Positions 10,284-23,700 are shown, counted from the stretch's first letter. The stretch is DNA of 64,000 nt from an uncultured Acidobacteriota bacterium (GCA_963822445.1 CAWGHO010000002.1:1856001-1920000), one strand, 5' to 3'. Numbers and translations: made by a program. The notes: generated from the sequence alone by a model not told the origin.

Positions 10284-11477
10284 ATGCTGACGGTGGAAGA
10301 AGCACAGGCGCGCGTGCTGGCTGAGGTAACGCCGCTGGCAGCCGAGGACATCCTTCTCGTCGACGCTCACGGCCGCGTGTTGCGCGAGGACGTGATCGCG
10401 TCCGAAGACGCGCCCCAGGCCGACAACAGCGCGATGGATGGCTACGCCGTTCGCGCCGACGACACACCGGGTGAGTTGCGGGTCCTCGGCGACATCCCCG
10501 CGGGTCACGTCGCGAACGGAAGCGTCGTCGCAGGAACAGCGATGCGGATCATGACCGGCGCGTTCGTGCCCGACGGCGCGGATGCGGTCGCGCAGGTCGA
10601 GATCACCGACGGCGGGCTCGAAGTCGTCCGCGTGCAGAAGTCGATTGCGCGTGGGACGAACATCCGCCGTCGCGGCGAGGACGTGCGCGCCGGCGCGGTC
10701 GTGATTCCCGCGGGAACGCCGATCGGTGCCGCGGAGATGGCGATGCTCGCCGCGGTGCGAAAGACGACCGTTTCCGCCGGCCGCCGCCCGACCGTGGCGA
10801 TTCTGGCAACCGGCGACGAGCTCCTCGATCCCTCGGATCCGCCCGCGCCGGGAAAGATCGTCAACTCCAACACGTACCTGCTCACGGCGCTGGTCCGCGA
10901 GGCCGGTGCGATCGCGCGTCCCCTCGGAATCGTTCGCGACACGCGCGAGGCGACGATCGCCGCGCTCGAGGAAGCGTCCACATCCGATTTCGTCATTTCC
11001 TCGGGTGGCGTCTCTGTCGGCGCCTACGACTTCGTGAAAGAAGCTCTCGAAGCCCTCGGCGCCGAATCGAAGTTCTGGCGAGTGGCGATGAAGCCTGGCA
11101 AGCCGGTCGTGCTCTCGCGCCTCCGCGATCGCGTCTGTCTCGGACTTCCCGGAAATCCCGTCTCCTGCTTCGTCTCGTTCCATCTCTTCGTCGCACCGGC
11201 TCTGCGCAAAGCGATGGGTGTGCAAGCGGACCTCGTCCCCGTGCCCGTGGCGGCGCGGCTCGAGGCGCCCTTGCGCTCCGTCGGGGACCGGCGCACGTAC
11301 ATCCGCGTTCGGGTCAGCATTCGCGACGGCGAGCTCGTGTCGCGGCCGATGGCCACGCAGGGCTCGGGATCGCTTTCGTCGATCGTCGGCGCGAACGGGC
11401 TGGCAGTCGTGTCCGAGGGGACGACGAGCGTGGACGCGGGCTCGCTGGTTCCGACGCTAATGCTCCGGGTCCCCTGA
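10284..11477 (+). CDS. moeA: Molybdopterin molybdotransferase (gephyrin-like)
   Basis: SAMDGYAV, RIMTGA, TGDEL, SSGGVSVG, MKPGKP, GLPGNPVS. Confidence 0.95.
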   Translation: MLTVEEAQARVLAEVTPLAAEDILLVDAHGRVLREDVIASEDAPQADNSAMDGYAVRADDTPGELRVLGDIPAGHVANGSVVAGTAMRIMTGAFVPDGADAVAQVEITDGGLEVVRVQKSIARGTNIRRRGEDVRAGAVVIPAGTPIGAAEMAMLAAVRKTTVSAGRRPTVAILATGDELLDPSDPPAPGKIVNSNTYLLTALVREAGAIARPLGIVRDTREATIAALEEASTSDFVISSGGVSVGAYDFVKEALEALGAESKFWRVAMKPGKPVVLSRLRDRVCLGLPGNPVSCFVSFHLFVAPALRKAMGVQADLVPVPVAARLEAPLRSVGDRRTYIRVRVSIRDGELVSRPMATQGSGSLSSIVGANGLAVVSEGTTSVDAGSLVPTLMLRVP

Positions 11478-12059
11478 AGCGACGCTGAGCTCCGCGAACA
11501 TCCGCGTGAGACGGCGCGACTCCGTATCGCCCGACTCATACGTCCGCCGCAGCAACTCGACCTGATCCTCGGGCTCCCCCGCGCGCACGGTGAACCCATC
11601 GGGCGGTTGATCGGGCAGTAAGGCCCGGCGCGATTTCCAGACGCCGTCCGAAAAAATCCAGCTGATGAATCCCGCCAATCGCGCACCCGCCGACGCGGCG
11701 GTGAGGGTCTGGTCGCCGATCACGTTCGCGTCGCGCAGGCCGAGGGCGTTCGCTTCCTGGGCGCGGAGGAGCTCTGTTGCCGATTCGGCAATCAGGTCGC
11801 GGAGCGTTTCGGACTCGTCGAGAAAGGCCACGCCGGTATTCGCGTCGACGCGCCGCGCGGTCTCCGCGAGCAGCTCGATCTCCTTCCCGCGCCAGTAGAA
11901 GCGGAGCAGGGCGCGGGCGTCTTCAGGGATCTCTTCATCGGAAGCGATGAGCGCGCCGGTGGCGCTCACGTTGACCAGGCGAACCTGGTAGTCGCCGAAC
12001 CAACCATCGATCGGCTCGTTGAGGTTGAGGCGTTGGAACTGCCGGCGCTCGTCGGTCAC
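11457..12059 (-). CDS. PilZ domain protein
   Basis: N-terminal RRQFQR (RxxxR) and NVSATG (D/NxSxxG) c-di-GMP motifs. Confidence 0.75.
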   Translation of the reverse strand: MTDERRQFQRLNLNEPIDGWFGDYQVRLVNVSATGALIASDEEIPEDARALLRFYWRGKEIELLAETARRVDANTGVAFLDESETLRDLIAESATELLRAQEANALGLRDANVIGDQTLTAASAGARLAGFISWIFSDGVWKSRRALLPDQPPDGFTVRAGEPEDQVELLRRTYESGDTESRRLTRMFAELSVASGDPEH

Positions 12060-12367
12060 GGTATCGGCTTTACGTCCGTGATCCAGTATGCACGTTCCGT
12101 CACATGCAATTTCGCCTCGACCCGTTTTCCGTCTGCCGGGAGGTCAGCGACCTTCACGCCGCGGACGCTGTAGTCCATCCGCATGGCCGCCATGAATCCC
12201 GGGATGTCTTCGTGATCCATGTTGACGGTGTTGTCCGAAGCGCGGCGGGAGAGGATGACTCCTCGGACGTCGTAGAGTTTCTCGCCCGCCTCGGAGAGCG
12301 GTTTCTCGGGCTCATTCGCGCAGGCAACGAAGAAAGCGAGTGTCAGAAGAAGCGCAAGACGAGCCAT
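12056..12367 (-). CDS. CusF-like copper-binding lipoprotein
   Basis: Lipoprotein-like signal FFVAC; HEDIPGFMAAMRM metal motif. Confidence 0.8.
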   Translation of the reverse strand: MARLALLLTLAFFVACANEPEKPLSEAGEKLYDVRGVILSRRASDNTVNMDHEDIPGFMAAMRMDYSVRGVKVADLPADGKRVEAKLHVTERAYWITDVKPIP

Positions 12368-12426
12368 CGGCCGTCGATTATACGAACCCATCACATATGA
12401 TCCGCGGCTCGGGAGGTAGGTCCGAA

Positions 12427-13242
12427 ATGCTTCCAAACAACACGTTCGAGAACCGCGTCGGCATCATCACCGGCGGAGCCACCGGTATCGGCAACGCCAT
12501 CGCGCGGCAGATCGCGCGGCTCGGCGGGAAGGTCGTCATCGCCAGCCGCAAGGAAGAGAACCTCGCCAAAGCGGTCGAGGAGATGCGCTCCGAGACCGGC
12601 CGCGCCGACGCGGCGAGCTATCACGTGCTCGATGTTCGCGACGCGGACGCCGTCGAGGCGATGGCGGCGAAGGTCGAGGCGGATCACGGAAAGATCGACT
12701 TCCTGGTGAACAACGCCGCGGGCAACTTCATCGTGCAGGCCGATCAGCTTTCGGTGAACGGCTGGAACTCGGTGATCGGCATCGTGCTCAACGGCTCGTT
12801 CTACTGCACGAGCGCGGTCGGCAAGCGGATGATCGCCAAGGGCGGCGGGTCGATGCTGAACGTGATCGCGAACTACGCCTGGACCGGCGGCGCGGGCGTC
12901 ATTCATTCGGCATCCGCGAAAGCCGGCGTGCTGGCGATGACCAGGACGCTCGCCGTGGAGTGGGCGCGTCACAAGATCCGCGTGAACGCGATCGCCCCCG
13001 GTCCGGTCGATACGCCCGGTGCGGCCGAGCGGCTCTTCCCCGATCCGATGATCATGGAGGGAATCCGCAAGACCATTCCGTTGCGTCGATTCGCGAATCT
13101 CGAGGAAGTGGCGAACGCGGCGACGTATCTGCTGTCCGATTACGCGTCGTACGTCACTGGCGAGAACTTCGTGATCGACGGCGGGCAGTGGCTCTCGGGC
13201 TCGGATTACTTCACGCGGTTGAAGCAGATGGTGCCGCGGTAG
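12427..13242 (+). CDS. SDR oxidoreductase (2,4-dienoyl-CoA reductase-like)
   Basis: TGGATGIG, NNAAGNF, HSASAKAG, RVNAIAPG; GGAGG RBS upstream. Confidence 0.9.
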   Translation: MLPNNTFENRVGIITGGATGIGNAIARQIARLGGKVVIASRKEENLAKAVEEMRSETGRADAASYHVLDVRDADAVEAMAAKVEADHGKIDFLVNNAAGNFIVQADQLSVNGWNSVIGIVLNGSFYCTSAVGKRMIAKGGGSMLNVIANYAWTGGAGVIHSASAKAGVLAMTRTLAVEWARHKIRVNAIAPGPVDTPGAAERLFPDPMIMEGIRKTIPLRRFANLEEVANAATYLLSDYASYVTGENFVIDGGQWLSGSDYFTRLKQMVPR

Positions 13243-13288
13243 TGATGAGTCGTTAGGGCAAATCCGTCACACGCTTGGGCCTGGACGC

Positions 13289-13765
13289 ATGGGTATCGAA
13301 GTTGGAAGCGACACCCCGCTCGGTTCGATCATCGTTGGTGTGGGAATGCTTCTGTTCGGATGCGTTGGGTGCTACTTCGCGTGGAAGGGCGGCCTCGCCG
13401 CCAAGGCCACCAGCGGATGGCAAGCGATCGACGCGAAGATTCTCCGGGCCAGAGCCATCGAGAACGCCGACGGAGGTTGGTCGCCGGATGTCGTCTACGA
13501 GTACGTAATCAACGGTAAGCGCTACGAGAGCTCGCAAGTCCGTATTTTTACGGCCAACCCAACGTCACTGAAGGGAGCCCGCGCGGTCGCACATCGATAC
13601 CACGCCACTCAACGGATCAAGGCGTATGTTGATCCATCCGATCATGCGCAGGCTGTCTTGATTCCAGGACCTCAGGCGGGCTTCGCGCTGGTGGCGGCCT
13701 CGGCGTCGGTCGCGCTGGCGGCGGGTGGAACCTACTTCATCTTTCAGGGTGTGCAGGCATGGTAG
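13289..13765 (+). CDS. DUF3592-like membrane protein
   Basis: TM-W...G/A.I...P.V.YEY.ING..Y...V.YDP..P..AVL-TM pattern; atypical codon usage. Confidence 0.75.
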   Translation: MGIEVGSDTPLGSIIVGVGMLLFGCVGCYFAWKGGLAAKATSGWQAIDAKILRARAIENADGGWSPDVVYEYVINGKRYESSQVRIFTANPTSLKGARAVAHRYHATQRIKAYVDPSDHAQAVLIPGPQAGFALVAASASVALAAGGTYFIFQGVQAW

Positions 13766-13793
13766 GCACGGAGGCTCGTCTAATCACTGACGA

Positions 13794-15101
13794 CTAACGA
13801 CCACCACTCAAGTAATCCATCGCGACGTGCGCGAGAGCGCGCACACCCACCGGCAAACCACTCTCATCGACATAAAACAGCGGTGAGTGGTTCGACGGCG
13901 CTTCCTCCGGCGTCTGGTTCGGCGGACGCGTTCCCACCCAGAAGAACAGTCCGGGCACGTTCTGCTGGAAGACTGAAAAGTCCTCCGCGCCGAGGACCGG
14001 GTTCACGAGGCGGACGTTCTTCGTGCCGGCCACGTTGCGCAACGTCGGCAATGAGCGTTCGGTGAGCGCCGGATCGTTGTAAGTGATCGGATAGCCGGTG
14101 GTGATGGTCACCTTCGACGTTGCACCCGCGCTTTCGGCGATGTTCTCGACCGTGCGGCGGATGCGCGCGTGGATGTCCTCGCGCATCTTCGCGTCGAGCG
14201 AACGGATGGTTCCGATCATCTCCACTTCGTCGGGAATGATGTTGTTGCGCACGCCGCCGTGAATCGCGCCGACGGTGACGATCGACGGCGCGGTCGTGGA
14301 GTCGAGCTGCCGGCTGGGGATGGTCTGCAGGCCGAGCACGATCTGAGACGCGACGACGATCGGATCGACGCCGAGCCAGGGATACGCGCCGTGGGTCTGC
14401 TTGCCGCGCACCTCGATCTTGAACGAGTCGACCGCGGCCATCATCCCTTCCGGCCGGTAACCGATTTCTCCCGACGCGAAGCGCGAGGTCACGTGCAGGC
14501 CGAAGATCGCGTCGACTTTCGGATTCTCGAGCGCGCCTTCCTTCACCATCAACGCGGCGCCGCCCTCTTCTCCCTGCGGCGGGCCTTCCTCCGCGGGCTG
14601 GAAGATGAACTTCACCGTGCCGGGGATGTCCGCCTTCATCGAAGCGAGGATTTCGGCGACGCCGAGGAGGATGGCTACGTGGGCGTCGTGTCCGCAGGCG
14701 TGCATCACGCCGACTTCCTGGCCGTTGTAGGTCGTCCTCACTTTCGACGCGAAGGGCAGATCGACCTGTTCCGTTACGGGAAGCGCGTCCATGTCCGCGC
14801 GAAGGGCCACGACCTTCCCCGGTTTTCCGCCGCGGAGCACGCCGATCACGCCGGTATGCGCGACCTTCTCCGTCACTTCGATGCCCAGCGAGCGGAGGTG
14901 GTCGGCGACGATCTTGGCGGTGCGGAACTCGCGGTTGCCGAGCTCGGGATGCTGATGAATGTCGCGACGCCAGGCGATCACTTTCGCGTTGACCTTCGCC
15001 GCGGCGTCGTCGATGCGTTTCGCGACCGCGGGGGCGGGCGCGGCGGAAACAGTGGACATCGCAACCTCCAGAACCAGGAGCAGCGCGGCCAGGCGCGTCA
15101 T
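13794..15101 (-). CDS. M20D family amidohydrolase with signal peptide
   Basis: HQHPELG, RADMDALP, MHACGHD, FQPAEE, AEDFS. Confidence 0.92.
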   Translation of the reverse strand: MTRLAALLLVLEVAMSTVSAAPAPAVAKRIDDAAAKVNAKVIAWRRDIHQHPELGNREFRTAKIVADHLRSLGIEVTEKVAHTGVIGVLRGGKPGKVVALRADMDALPVTEQVDLPFASKVRTTYNGQEVGVMHACGHDAHVAILLGVAEILASMKADIPGTVKFIFQPAEEGPPQGEEGGAALMVKEGALENPKVDAIFGLHVTSRFASGEIGYRPEGMMAAVDSFKIEVRGKQTHGAYPWLGVDPIVVASQIVLGLQTIPSRQLDSTTAPSIVTVGAIHGGVRNNIIPDEVEMIGTIRSLDAKMREDIHARIRRTVENIAESAGATSKVTITTGYPITYNDPALTERSLPTLRNVAGTKNVRLVNPVLGAEDFSVFQQNVPGLFFWVGTRPPNQTPEEAPSNHSPLFYVDESGLPVGVRALAHVAMDYLSGGR

Positions 15102-15379
15102 TACTTCGTGACCCCGGCGCGCAACGCTTCCGCTTTGCGAATCAGCTCGTCGAACCATTCCACGAAGTTCGCTTCCCCTCTTTCCGCCGCGACCGCGCGC
15201 GTTTTCGAGGACATTTCGATGAACTGCTCGATGAACTGGCGCAACTCGTCGGAATGGCCCATGAGCAGAAGCGTGGAGGCCTGATTCTCGATGGCGCTGT
15301 AGGCCTGCAGGGCCTGGGCGTACTCGTTGCTGAAGTATTCGAAGGAGGCGCGGGGATCGGGATTCGTGGGCTCTGTCAT
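15101..15379 (-). CDS. Hypothetical helical protein (92 aa)
   Basis: Typical codon usage; stop overlaps downstream ATG. Confidence 0.7.
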   Translation of the reverse strand: MTEPTNPDPRASFEYFSNEYAQALQAYSAIENQASTLLLMGHSDELRQFIEQFIEMSSKTRAVAAERGEANFVEWFDELIRKAEALRAGVTK

Positions 15380-15396
15380 GATCGGCGAATAAGTGT

Positions 15397-15912
15397 ATGT
15401 CCTTTCGAATCGGCGTCATCGCGGACACCCATGGCCGGCTGCACGAGCGTGTTGCGGACGTGTTCGCCTGCGTGGATCACATCGTTCACGCCGGTGACAT
15501 CGGCGGCGCGCACATCCTCCGCGCCCTGAGCGAGATCGCCCCGGTCAGCTCCGTCGACGGCAACAACGACGACGCCACTGGCGAGGAGATCGAGCGCGTG
15601 GAAGCGGGCGGGTTGCGCGTCCTGCTGACGCACATCCTTCCGCGGCCCAGCAAGCCGGCGGCGCGAGTCGTCGAGTCGATGCGCAAGCAGCCGGCGGATT
15701 TCGTTGTGTTCGGCCACAGCCACCTGCCGCATCACGAGCGGGTCGGCGACGTCGTCTACTTCAACCCTGCCAGCGCCGGTCCGCGGCGATTCGAGCTGCC
15801 GATCGCTGTCGGAATCATCGAAAAGAAGGGCCGCGAGTGGCGCGCGTTTCATGTCGCGCTCGACGAGCGCTCGGTCGAAGCGTTGAAGAGGCGCATGAAT
15901 CAGATGACATAA
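15397..15912 (+). CDS. YfcE/MJ0936-type metallophosphoesterase
   Basis: DTHG, HAGD, GNND, FGHSH, NPAS. Confidence 0.9.
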   Translation: MSFRIGVIADTHGRLHERVADVFACVDHIVHAGDIGGAHILRALSEIAPVSSVDGNNDDATGEEIERVEAGGLRVLLTHILPRPSKPAARVVESMRKQPADFVVFGHSHLPHHERVGDVVYFNPASAGPRRFELPIAVGIIEKKGREWRAFHVALDERSVEALKRRMNQMT

Positions 15913-15922
15913 TCATCGCCGG

Positions 15923-16591
15923 ATGCCGTTTCTCGTAGGGCAGGAGCTCTCGAAGACGTATCGCAACGCCGCGGTGCCGGTCCTGGTGTTCAGCGGACTG
16001 GATCTCGTGGTGGAAAAAGGGGAGATGCTGGCCATCGTCGGTCCGTCCGGCATCGGCAAGTCGACCCTGCTCCACCTCCTCGGCGGACTCGATCGCCCCG
16101 ACTCAGGCAGCGTGCGTGTCGATGACCGCGAGCTGACCCATTTGCCTGCCGACGAGCTGGCGAGGTTCAGGAACCGCAACGTCGGCTTTGTCTTCCAGTT
16201 CCACCATCTCCTTCCCGAGTTCACCGCCGCGGAAAACGTGGCCATGCCGGGTTGGATCGGAAGGATGAACCGGGACGAGGCGTTGAAGCGGGCGGCCGGG
16301 TTGCTCGCGGAGCTCGGACTGGCAGAGAGAAGCCGGCACTTTCCGAACCAGCTTTCCGGCGGAGAACAGCAGCGCGTGGCCATCGCGCGCGCCCTGCTGG
16401 CCGATCCGGTGCTCTTCCTGGCCGACGAGCCGACGGGGAATCTCGACCTGGCAACCAGTGAGAAAGTGTTCGATCTGATGCGGGAGTGTCACAATAAGCG
16501 CGGACTGACTTCCGTCATCGTGACTCACAATCCGGAGCTGGCGGCACGCTGCGATCGGATCTTCGAGATGCCGGTGGTCAGCACAACGTGA
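15923..16591 (+). CDS. lolD: Lipoprotein-releasing ABC transporter ATP-binding protein
   Basis: [41 protein letters not shown]. Confidence 0.88.
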   Translation: MPFLVGQELSKTYRNAAVPVLVFSGLDLVVEKGEMLAIVGPSGIGKSTLLHLLGGLDRPDSGSVRVDDRELTHLPADELARFRNRNVGFVFQFHHLLPEFTAAENVAMPGWIGRMNRDEALKRAAGLLAELGLAERSRHFPNQLSGGEQQRVAIARALLADPVLFLADEPTGNLDLATSEKVFDLMRECHNKRGLTSVIVTHNPELAARCDRIFEMPVVSTT

Positions 16592-16595
16592 CCCA

Positions 16596-19025
<2,430 letters not shown>

Positions 19026-19032
19026 GGATGCC

Positions 19033-19575
19033 ATGAGCGTCGAGACCAAGGTCATCACCGCGGATGAGTTGCTGGCGATGCCGGATGACGGCGCGCATCG
19101 CTACGAACTCGTGCAGGGAGAACTGATTTCTATGGCACCTGCCGGTTCTCGTCACGGCGTCGTTTCGCAGCGTCTGCTCATCTCGATCAGCGCGCACGTC
19201 GACGCGAATCAGTTGGGACAGGTCTATCCGTCCGACACCGGGTTCGTGCTGTCGCGGAATCCGGACACAGTTCGCGCGCCGGACGTGGCGTTCGTTTCTG
19301 CCGGTCGCATGCTGGACACCGACAAGTTTTTTCCCGGCGCCCCTGATCTTGCTATCGAGGTTGTATCGCCCAATGACACATACCGTGAGATCAACACAAA
19401 GGTAGCCGAGTATCTCCGCGCGGGGACTCGAGTGGTCATAGTCGTCGAACCAGGGCTAAGGACAGCAACGATCCGAACCTCTTCGGAAACGACCGAGGTG
19501 GGCATCGAAGGAACCCTTACCGCTGGAGACGTACTCCCCGGGTGGTCGCTGCGCATGCGGGACCTTTTCCGCTAA
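19033..19575 (+). CDS. Uma2 family endonuclease-like protein
   Basis: RYELVQG, PDVAFV, APDLAIEVVSP, VLPGW. Confidence 0.9.
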   Translation: MSVETKVITADELLAMPDDGAHRYELVQGELISMAPAGSRHGVVSQRLLISISAHVDANQLGQVYPSDTGFVLSRNPDTVRAPDVAFVSAGRMLDTDKFFPGAPDLAIEVVSPNDTYREINTKVAEYLRAGTRVVIVVEPGLRTATIRTSSETTEVGIEGTLTAGDVLPGWSLRMRDLFR

Positions 19576-19955
19576 TGCCCCTAGTCCGAATCACCCTCCG
19601 CCGCGGCCGCACCCGTGAGTTTCTTCGCGACCTATCCGAAGCCGTGCACGCATCACTCGTCGCCGAGGCCAACGTTCCCGCCGATGACAAGTTCCATATC
19701 ATCGAAGAAGTCGACGGCGACAATCTCATCGCGCACCCGAGCTATGGCGGTGTCGAGCGAAGCGAGGGGCTGGTGGTCATTCAGATCACGCTCAACGCCG
19801 GCCGCACGGTCGAGGTCAAGAAGAACCTCTACGCCGACATCGCCCGGCGCCTGCAGACCGCCGTCGACGTCCGGCCCGACGACGTGTTGATCAGCCTCGT
19901 CGAGGTGACCAAAGAAAACTGGTCATTTGGCAAGGGCCTGGCGACGTATGCCTGA
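19575..19955 (+). CDS. Tautomerase family protein
   Basis: N-terminal Pro (MPLVRI), GRTVEVKK, ENWSFGKG. Confidence 0.88.
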   Translation: MPLVRITLRRGRTREFLRDLSEAVHASLVAEANVPADDKFHIIEEVDGDNLIAHPSYGGVERSEGLVVIQITLNAGRTVEVKKNLYADIARRLQTAVDVRPDDVLISLVEVTKENWSFGKGLATYA

Positions 19956-20780
19956 CAGCCACCCGGTTTTCGGTTTTCCCTCGCCGTCGTAGAAACGCAC
20001 CCGGATGTCGGCGCGCTTCATCTCCACGACCGCAAATCCGACCCGCTCGCGGCCGATCTGCTCCGGAAACACGGTTCGTAACCGAAGCTTTACCGGCGGG
20101 ATCGGATGCGAACCGGCCCCGCTGACGAGGAAAAGCATCCGTCCGCGAATGAGTTCGAGGTGATGATCGTGACCGCAGATGTACAGGTCGACGCCAGCCT
20201 CGCGCACGGCCGGAATCAGCTTCTGCATGCGATTGACCTCGTCGCGCGGAAAGTAGCCGTGATAGCCGGACGAAAGAATCGGGTGATGCCCGACCACGAC
20301 TTGCCAGGGTTTTTTCGACGCGCTCAACTCGCGAATCGCCGACTCGACCTGGTTCGGTCGATTGCGAACCAGCAGGTGCGTATCGAGGAACGCGAAGTCG
20401 GCGATCGGCGTCCGGACGCTGTATTGGCGGGCCGGAAAGCGCCAGTTCGGAACCACGCCCGTCGCGCGAATCTGTGCATCAGGATCGGCTTTTCCGCAGT
20501 AGTCGTGGTTGCCGAGGACGGGGAAGAGGGGGATGCCGATGCGGGTCAGCGCGGCGTTGATCGACCACCGCGGGTCCTTTTCCGTGGTCACGCCGCATGG
20601 GTAGAAGTTGTCGCCGGTGAGAATGACCGCGTGGAGAGGGCGCTCGGCATGGACACGCGAGACGCCGCGGGCCACCGCGTCCGCGCCCTTCCCGGTATCG
20701 CCAACTACAGCGATTCGAAGGACATCGCCGTGGCTCAAGTCGATCGCCGAAGCGAGCGCGAGGAGCAGGAACAGGGTCAT
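19923..20780 (-). CDS. Secreted purple acid phosphatase-like metallophosphoesterase
   Basis: GDTG, GDNFY, GNHDY, GHHP, GHDH. Confidence 0.9.
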   Translation of the reverse strand: MTLFLLLALASAIDLSHGDVLRIAVVGDTGKGADAVARGVSRVHAERPLHAVILTGDNFYPCGVTTEKDPRWSINAALTRIGIPLFPVLGNHDYCGKADPDAQIRATGVVPNWRFPARQYSVRTPIADFAFLDTHLLVRNRPNQVESAIRELSASKKPWQVVVGHHPILSSGYHGYFPRDEVNRMQKLIPAVREAGVDLYICGHDHHLELIRGRMLFLVSGAGSHPIPPVKLRLRTVFPEQIGRERVGFAVVEMKRADIRVRFYDGEGKPKTGWLSGIRRQALAK

Positions 20781-20792
20781 CAAAGCGAACTG

Positions 20793-23700
20793 CTACAAGC
20801 GTCTCAGCGCGACGATCGCCATCGAGAGCCCGAGCAAGAGCAACATCCATTCGGTCAGCGTCGGGATCGACGCCTCGTCGCCCGGCGCCGCCGCGATCAC
20901 GGTGACCACCTGATTGTCGGAGCTGTCAGGATCGAGCTCCGCCGCGCTGACCGTCGCCGTGTTCGTTCCGCCGGCGGCGGGAGCGGTGAACGTGATCGTC
21001 ACCGTTACCGAGCCCCCATTCGTAATTGAGCCGAGGGTGCAGCTCACGTCCGTCGCTCCCGGCGTGCAGGTTCCCTGCGTCGTCGTTGCGCCGATGCCCG
21101 TGGCGCCGGCGGGCACGACATCGTTCAGTGTGACGCCGCTCGCCGTGTCGGGTCCTTGATTGGTCACGGTCACCGTGATCGTGACCGTCGATCCCGGTGC
21201 TGCCGAACCAGGTGCAGAGACGGCGAGAGCGAGGTCCGCGCCGGCCGCATCGTTGCTCGTAATCGTTCCGATCGCTTCACCGTCGGGGATCGAGACGGAC
21301 GCCGAGGTGATGTTCAGGCGGAACGTTTCGTCGGCCTCGAACGATGAATCGTCGAGGATCGGCACGAAGATCTCCTGGATTGTGACGCCCGGCGCGAAGC
21401 TGATCGTGCCGGTCGCGGTCGAATAGTCCGATCCCGCGGTGGCGGTGATGCCGGTGGTTGTGTAGTCGATGTCGATAGTCGACCCGCTCGGTCCGGAGAG
21501 CGTTACGGTGAAGATTGCCGGTCCAGCGTTTTCAGGAGCGGTTTCGTCATCGATGGACGCCGTCACGGGCCCTTCGTTGTCGAGGATCGTCCCGATGGCG
21601 GTGCCGTCCAGGATCGTCGCGTTCGTGGGGAGACTCAAAGTCACGCTGAACGTCTCGCTCGGCTCGGCGAGCGCATCGTCGAGGACTCCGATCGAGATCG
21701 GGAGCGACGTCGAGCCCGGCACGATCGTGAGCGGACCGAACGCGGAGAGGTAGTCGCTGCCACCCGTCGCTGTGATGCCCGCGGTCGCGTATTGAAACGT
21801 CACGGGCTGTGTGCTCGGATGCGACAGCGTTGCGACGAACCCCACGAAAAGGGACGTCTCGCTGCCGGTCGCGTCGTCGATCGACAGCGTCGGCGTCGAT
21901 TCGTCGTCGGTGATCGTGACTGGTGCGGTGGTCGTCGTTCCCAGAAGCGCGCCGTTCGTCGGATTCGAGATCGTGACCGTGAAGGTCTCGTCTCCTTCGA
22001 ACGTGCCGTCGTTGCTGATCGGAACGGCGAATTGTTGTGAAGTCACGCCGGGACCGAAGGTGAGCGTTCCGGCCGTCGTCGTGTAATCGGCACCGGCCGT
22101 AGCCGAGCCGTCCGTGGTCGTGTAATCGACGGTGACCGTGCCGTCGCTCCCTCCGCTTCGATTGACGGTGATGGTGATGGGACCCGCGGCTTCGTTCCCG
22201 CTGTAAGTCGCGGAGCTGAGGTCGAAGACGCCCGGCGCGAGAAGAACGATCGCCGCCGAGAACTCGGAAGTGCTGTCGTCGGGTGGGGTAGCCGTCGCGG
22301 TGAGAGAAGCTCCCGCGGGCGGTGCCGAAACAGGCGAGAAGACGAACGGAGCGTTGCCCAGCGGGTCCGTCGTCACCGTCCATGCGCCGAGGTAGGTGCG
22401 TCCCTCCGCGGTGGCGATGGGATTCGTGTCGCTGAAGAACTCCAGGCTGAAGGTCGTGATCGGCGTGCTGTTCAACGTGCCGCTGATCGTCGCCGTCCCG
22501 CCCTGCAGGTATGCCGTATTCGGGACGGGGTAGTTCTGCAGGTGGTTCGGGCCCTCGTCCGGGTCCTGCGTGTCATTCGGAGTCACCCCCGGAGGGAAGA
22601 GGTCGATGCCCAGCAGTCCGTTGTCGTGAATCGAGTTCCGGGTGATGCGATTGCGGATGCCGCCGATGACGGCGATGCCGTGGTTCGTGTTGTGGCCGAT
22701 GTGATTCTCGCCGCCGGCGCTGCCGATGACGTTGTTCGAGCCGCTGATCACGAGACCGGTCAGATTCGGGATGCCCGCCGTGCCCGCGGCATTCAGCCCG
22801 ACGATGTTGCCGAGCACGGAGTTGTCGCCGCTCAGCTCCAGACCGGCCTGGTTGTTCCCGGAGATGACGTTGCCCTCACCCGCGGCCAATCCGCCGATGG
22901 CGACGTTGCCGGGCGTCACGGAAACGCCGTAGTAGTTTTCCCGCGCGGCCGTACCCGCGGCGTTGAGGCCGACGATGTTCCCGCGGATGATCGTCCCCGC
23001 GCCGGTGAGGCCGGCGATGTTGATGCCGCGCCCATTGCCGTTGCCGGAAACCACGTTGTTCAGGATGTTCGTGTTGGTGCCCACTGAGCGAATGCCGTCG
23101 CCGGAATTCACGATCGCGGTATCGCCGTCGATGCCGAGGCCGACGAAGTTGTTCTGGATCAGGGTTCCGTCGGCCGTTCCTTCGACGAGGACGTTCTGGC
23201 CCGACGGGAAAAGGAGTCCGTTGCCGGAGATGTAGTTACGGGCGGCGACGGCCGGTCCGCCGATCACGGCGCCATCGCTGTTGATCACGATGCCGCCGTT
23301 CGAGTTCGGCACTCTGGCCGTGCCGGTCGCGTTCATCCCGATCACGTTGCCGGCGATCACGAGGGCCGTGCTCAACGCGTCGTCGATGCCCCAGAAGCTG
23401 TTGCCGGAAATGACGTTGCCCGCTCCGGCAGTCGTCCCGCCGATCGTGATGGTCGTCGCTCCGTTGAGAAGGACGCCCGAGCCGCCGTTGGCGATCGCGC
23501 CACTACCCGCGGCGTTGGTACCGATGTAGTTGCCGCTGATGACGGCGTTCGTCGTCGAAAACAGTGTGATGCCGTTCGATGTGTTGCCGGAGATGACGTT
23601 CCTCGCTCCGGCCACGCTGCCGCCGATCGTGACTCCATCGCCGATTTGTACGGCCACGCCGATCACGTTCGGCAGAGCCGCCGTACCGGCCGGGTCCAGG

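Noticed and set aside
13794-15101. M20 amidohydrolase as the DapE step of the lysine operon
   Set aside because: Has a signal-peptide-like N-terminus, M20D motifs, and is not in the operon
19033-19575. Uma2 as the missing nuclease for the MTase-helicase pair
   Set aside because: 22 kb away, and Uma2 genes are common scattered paralogs
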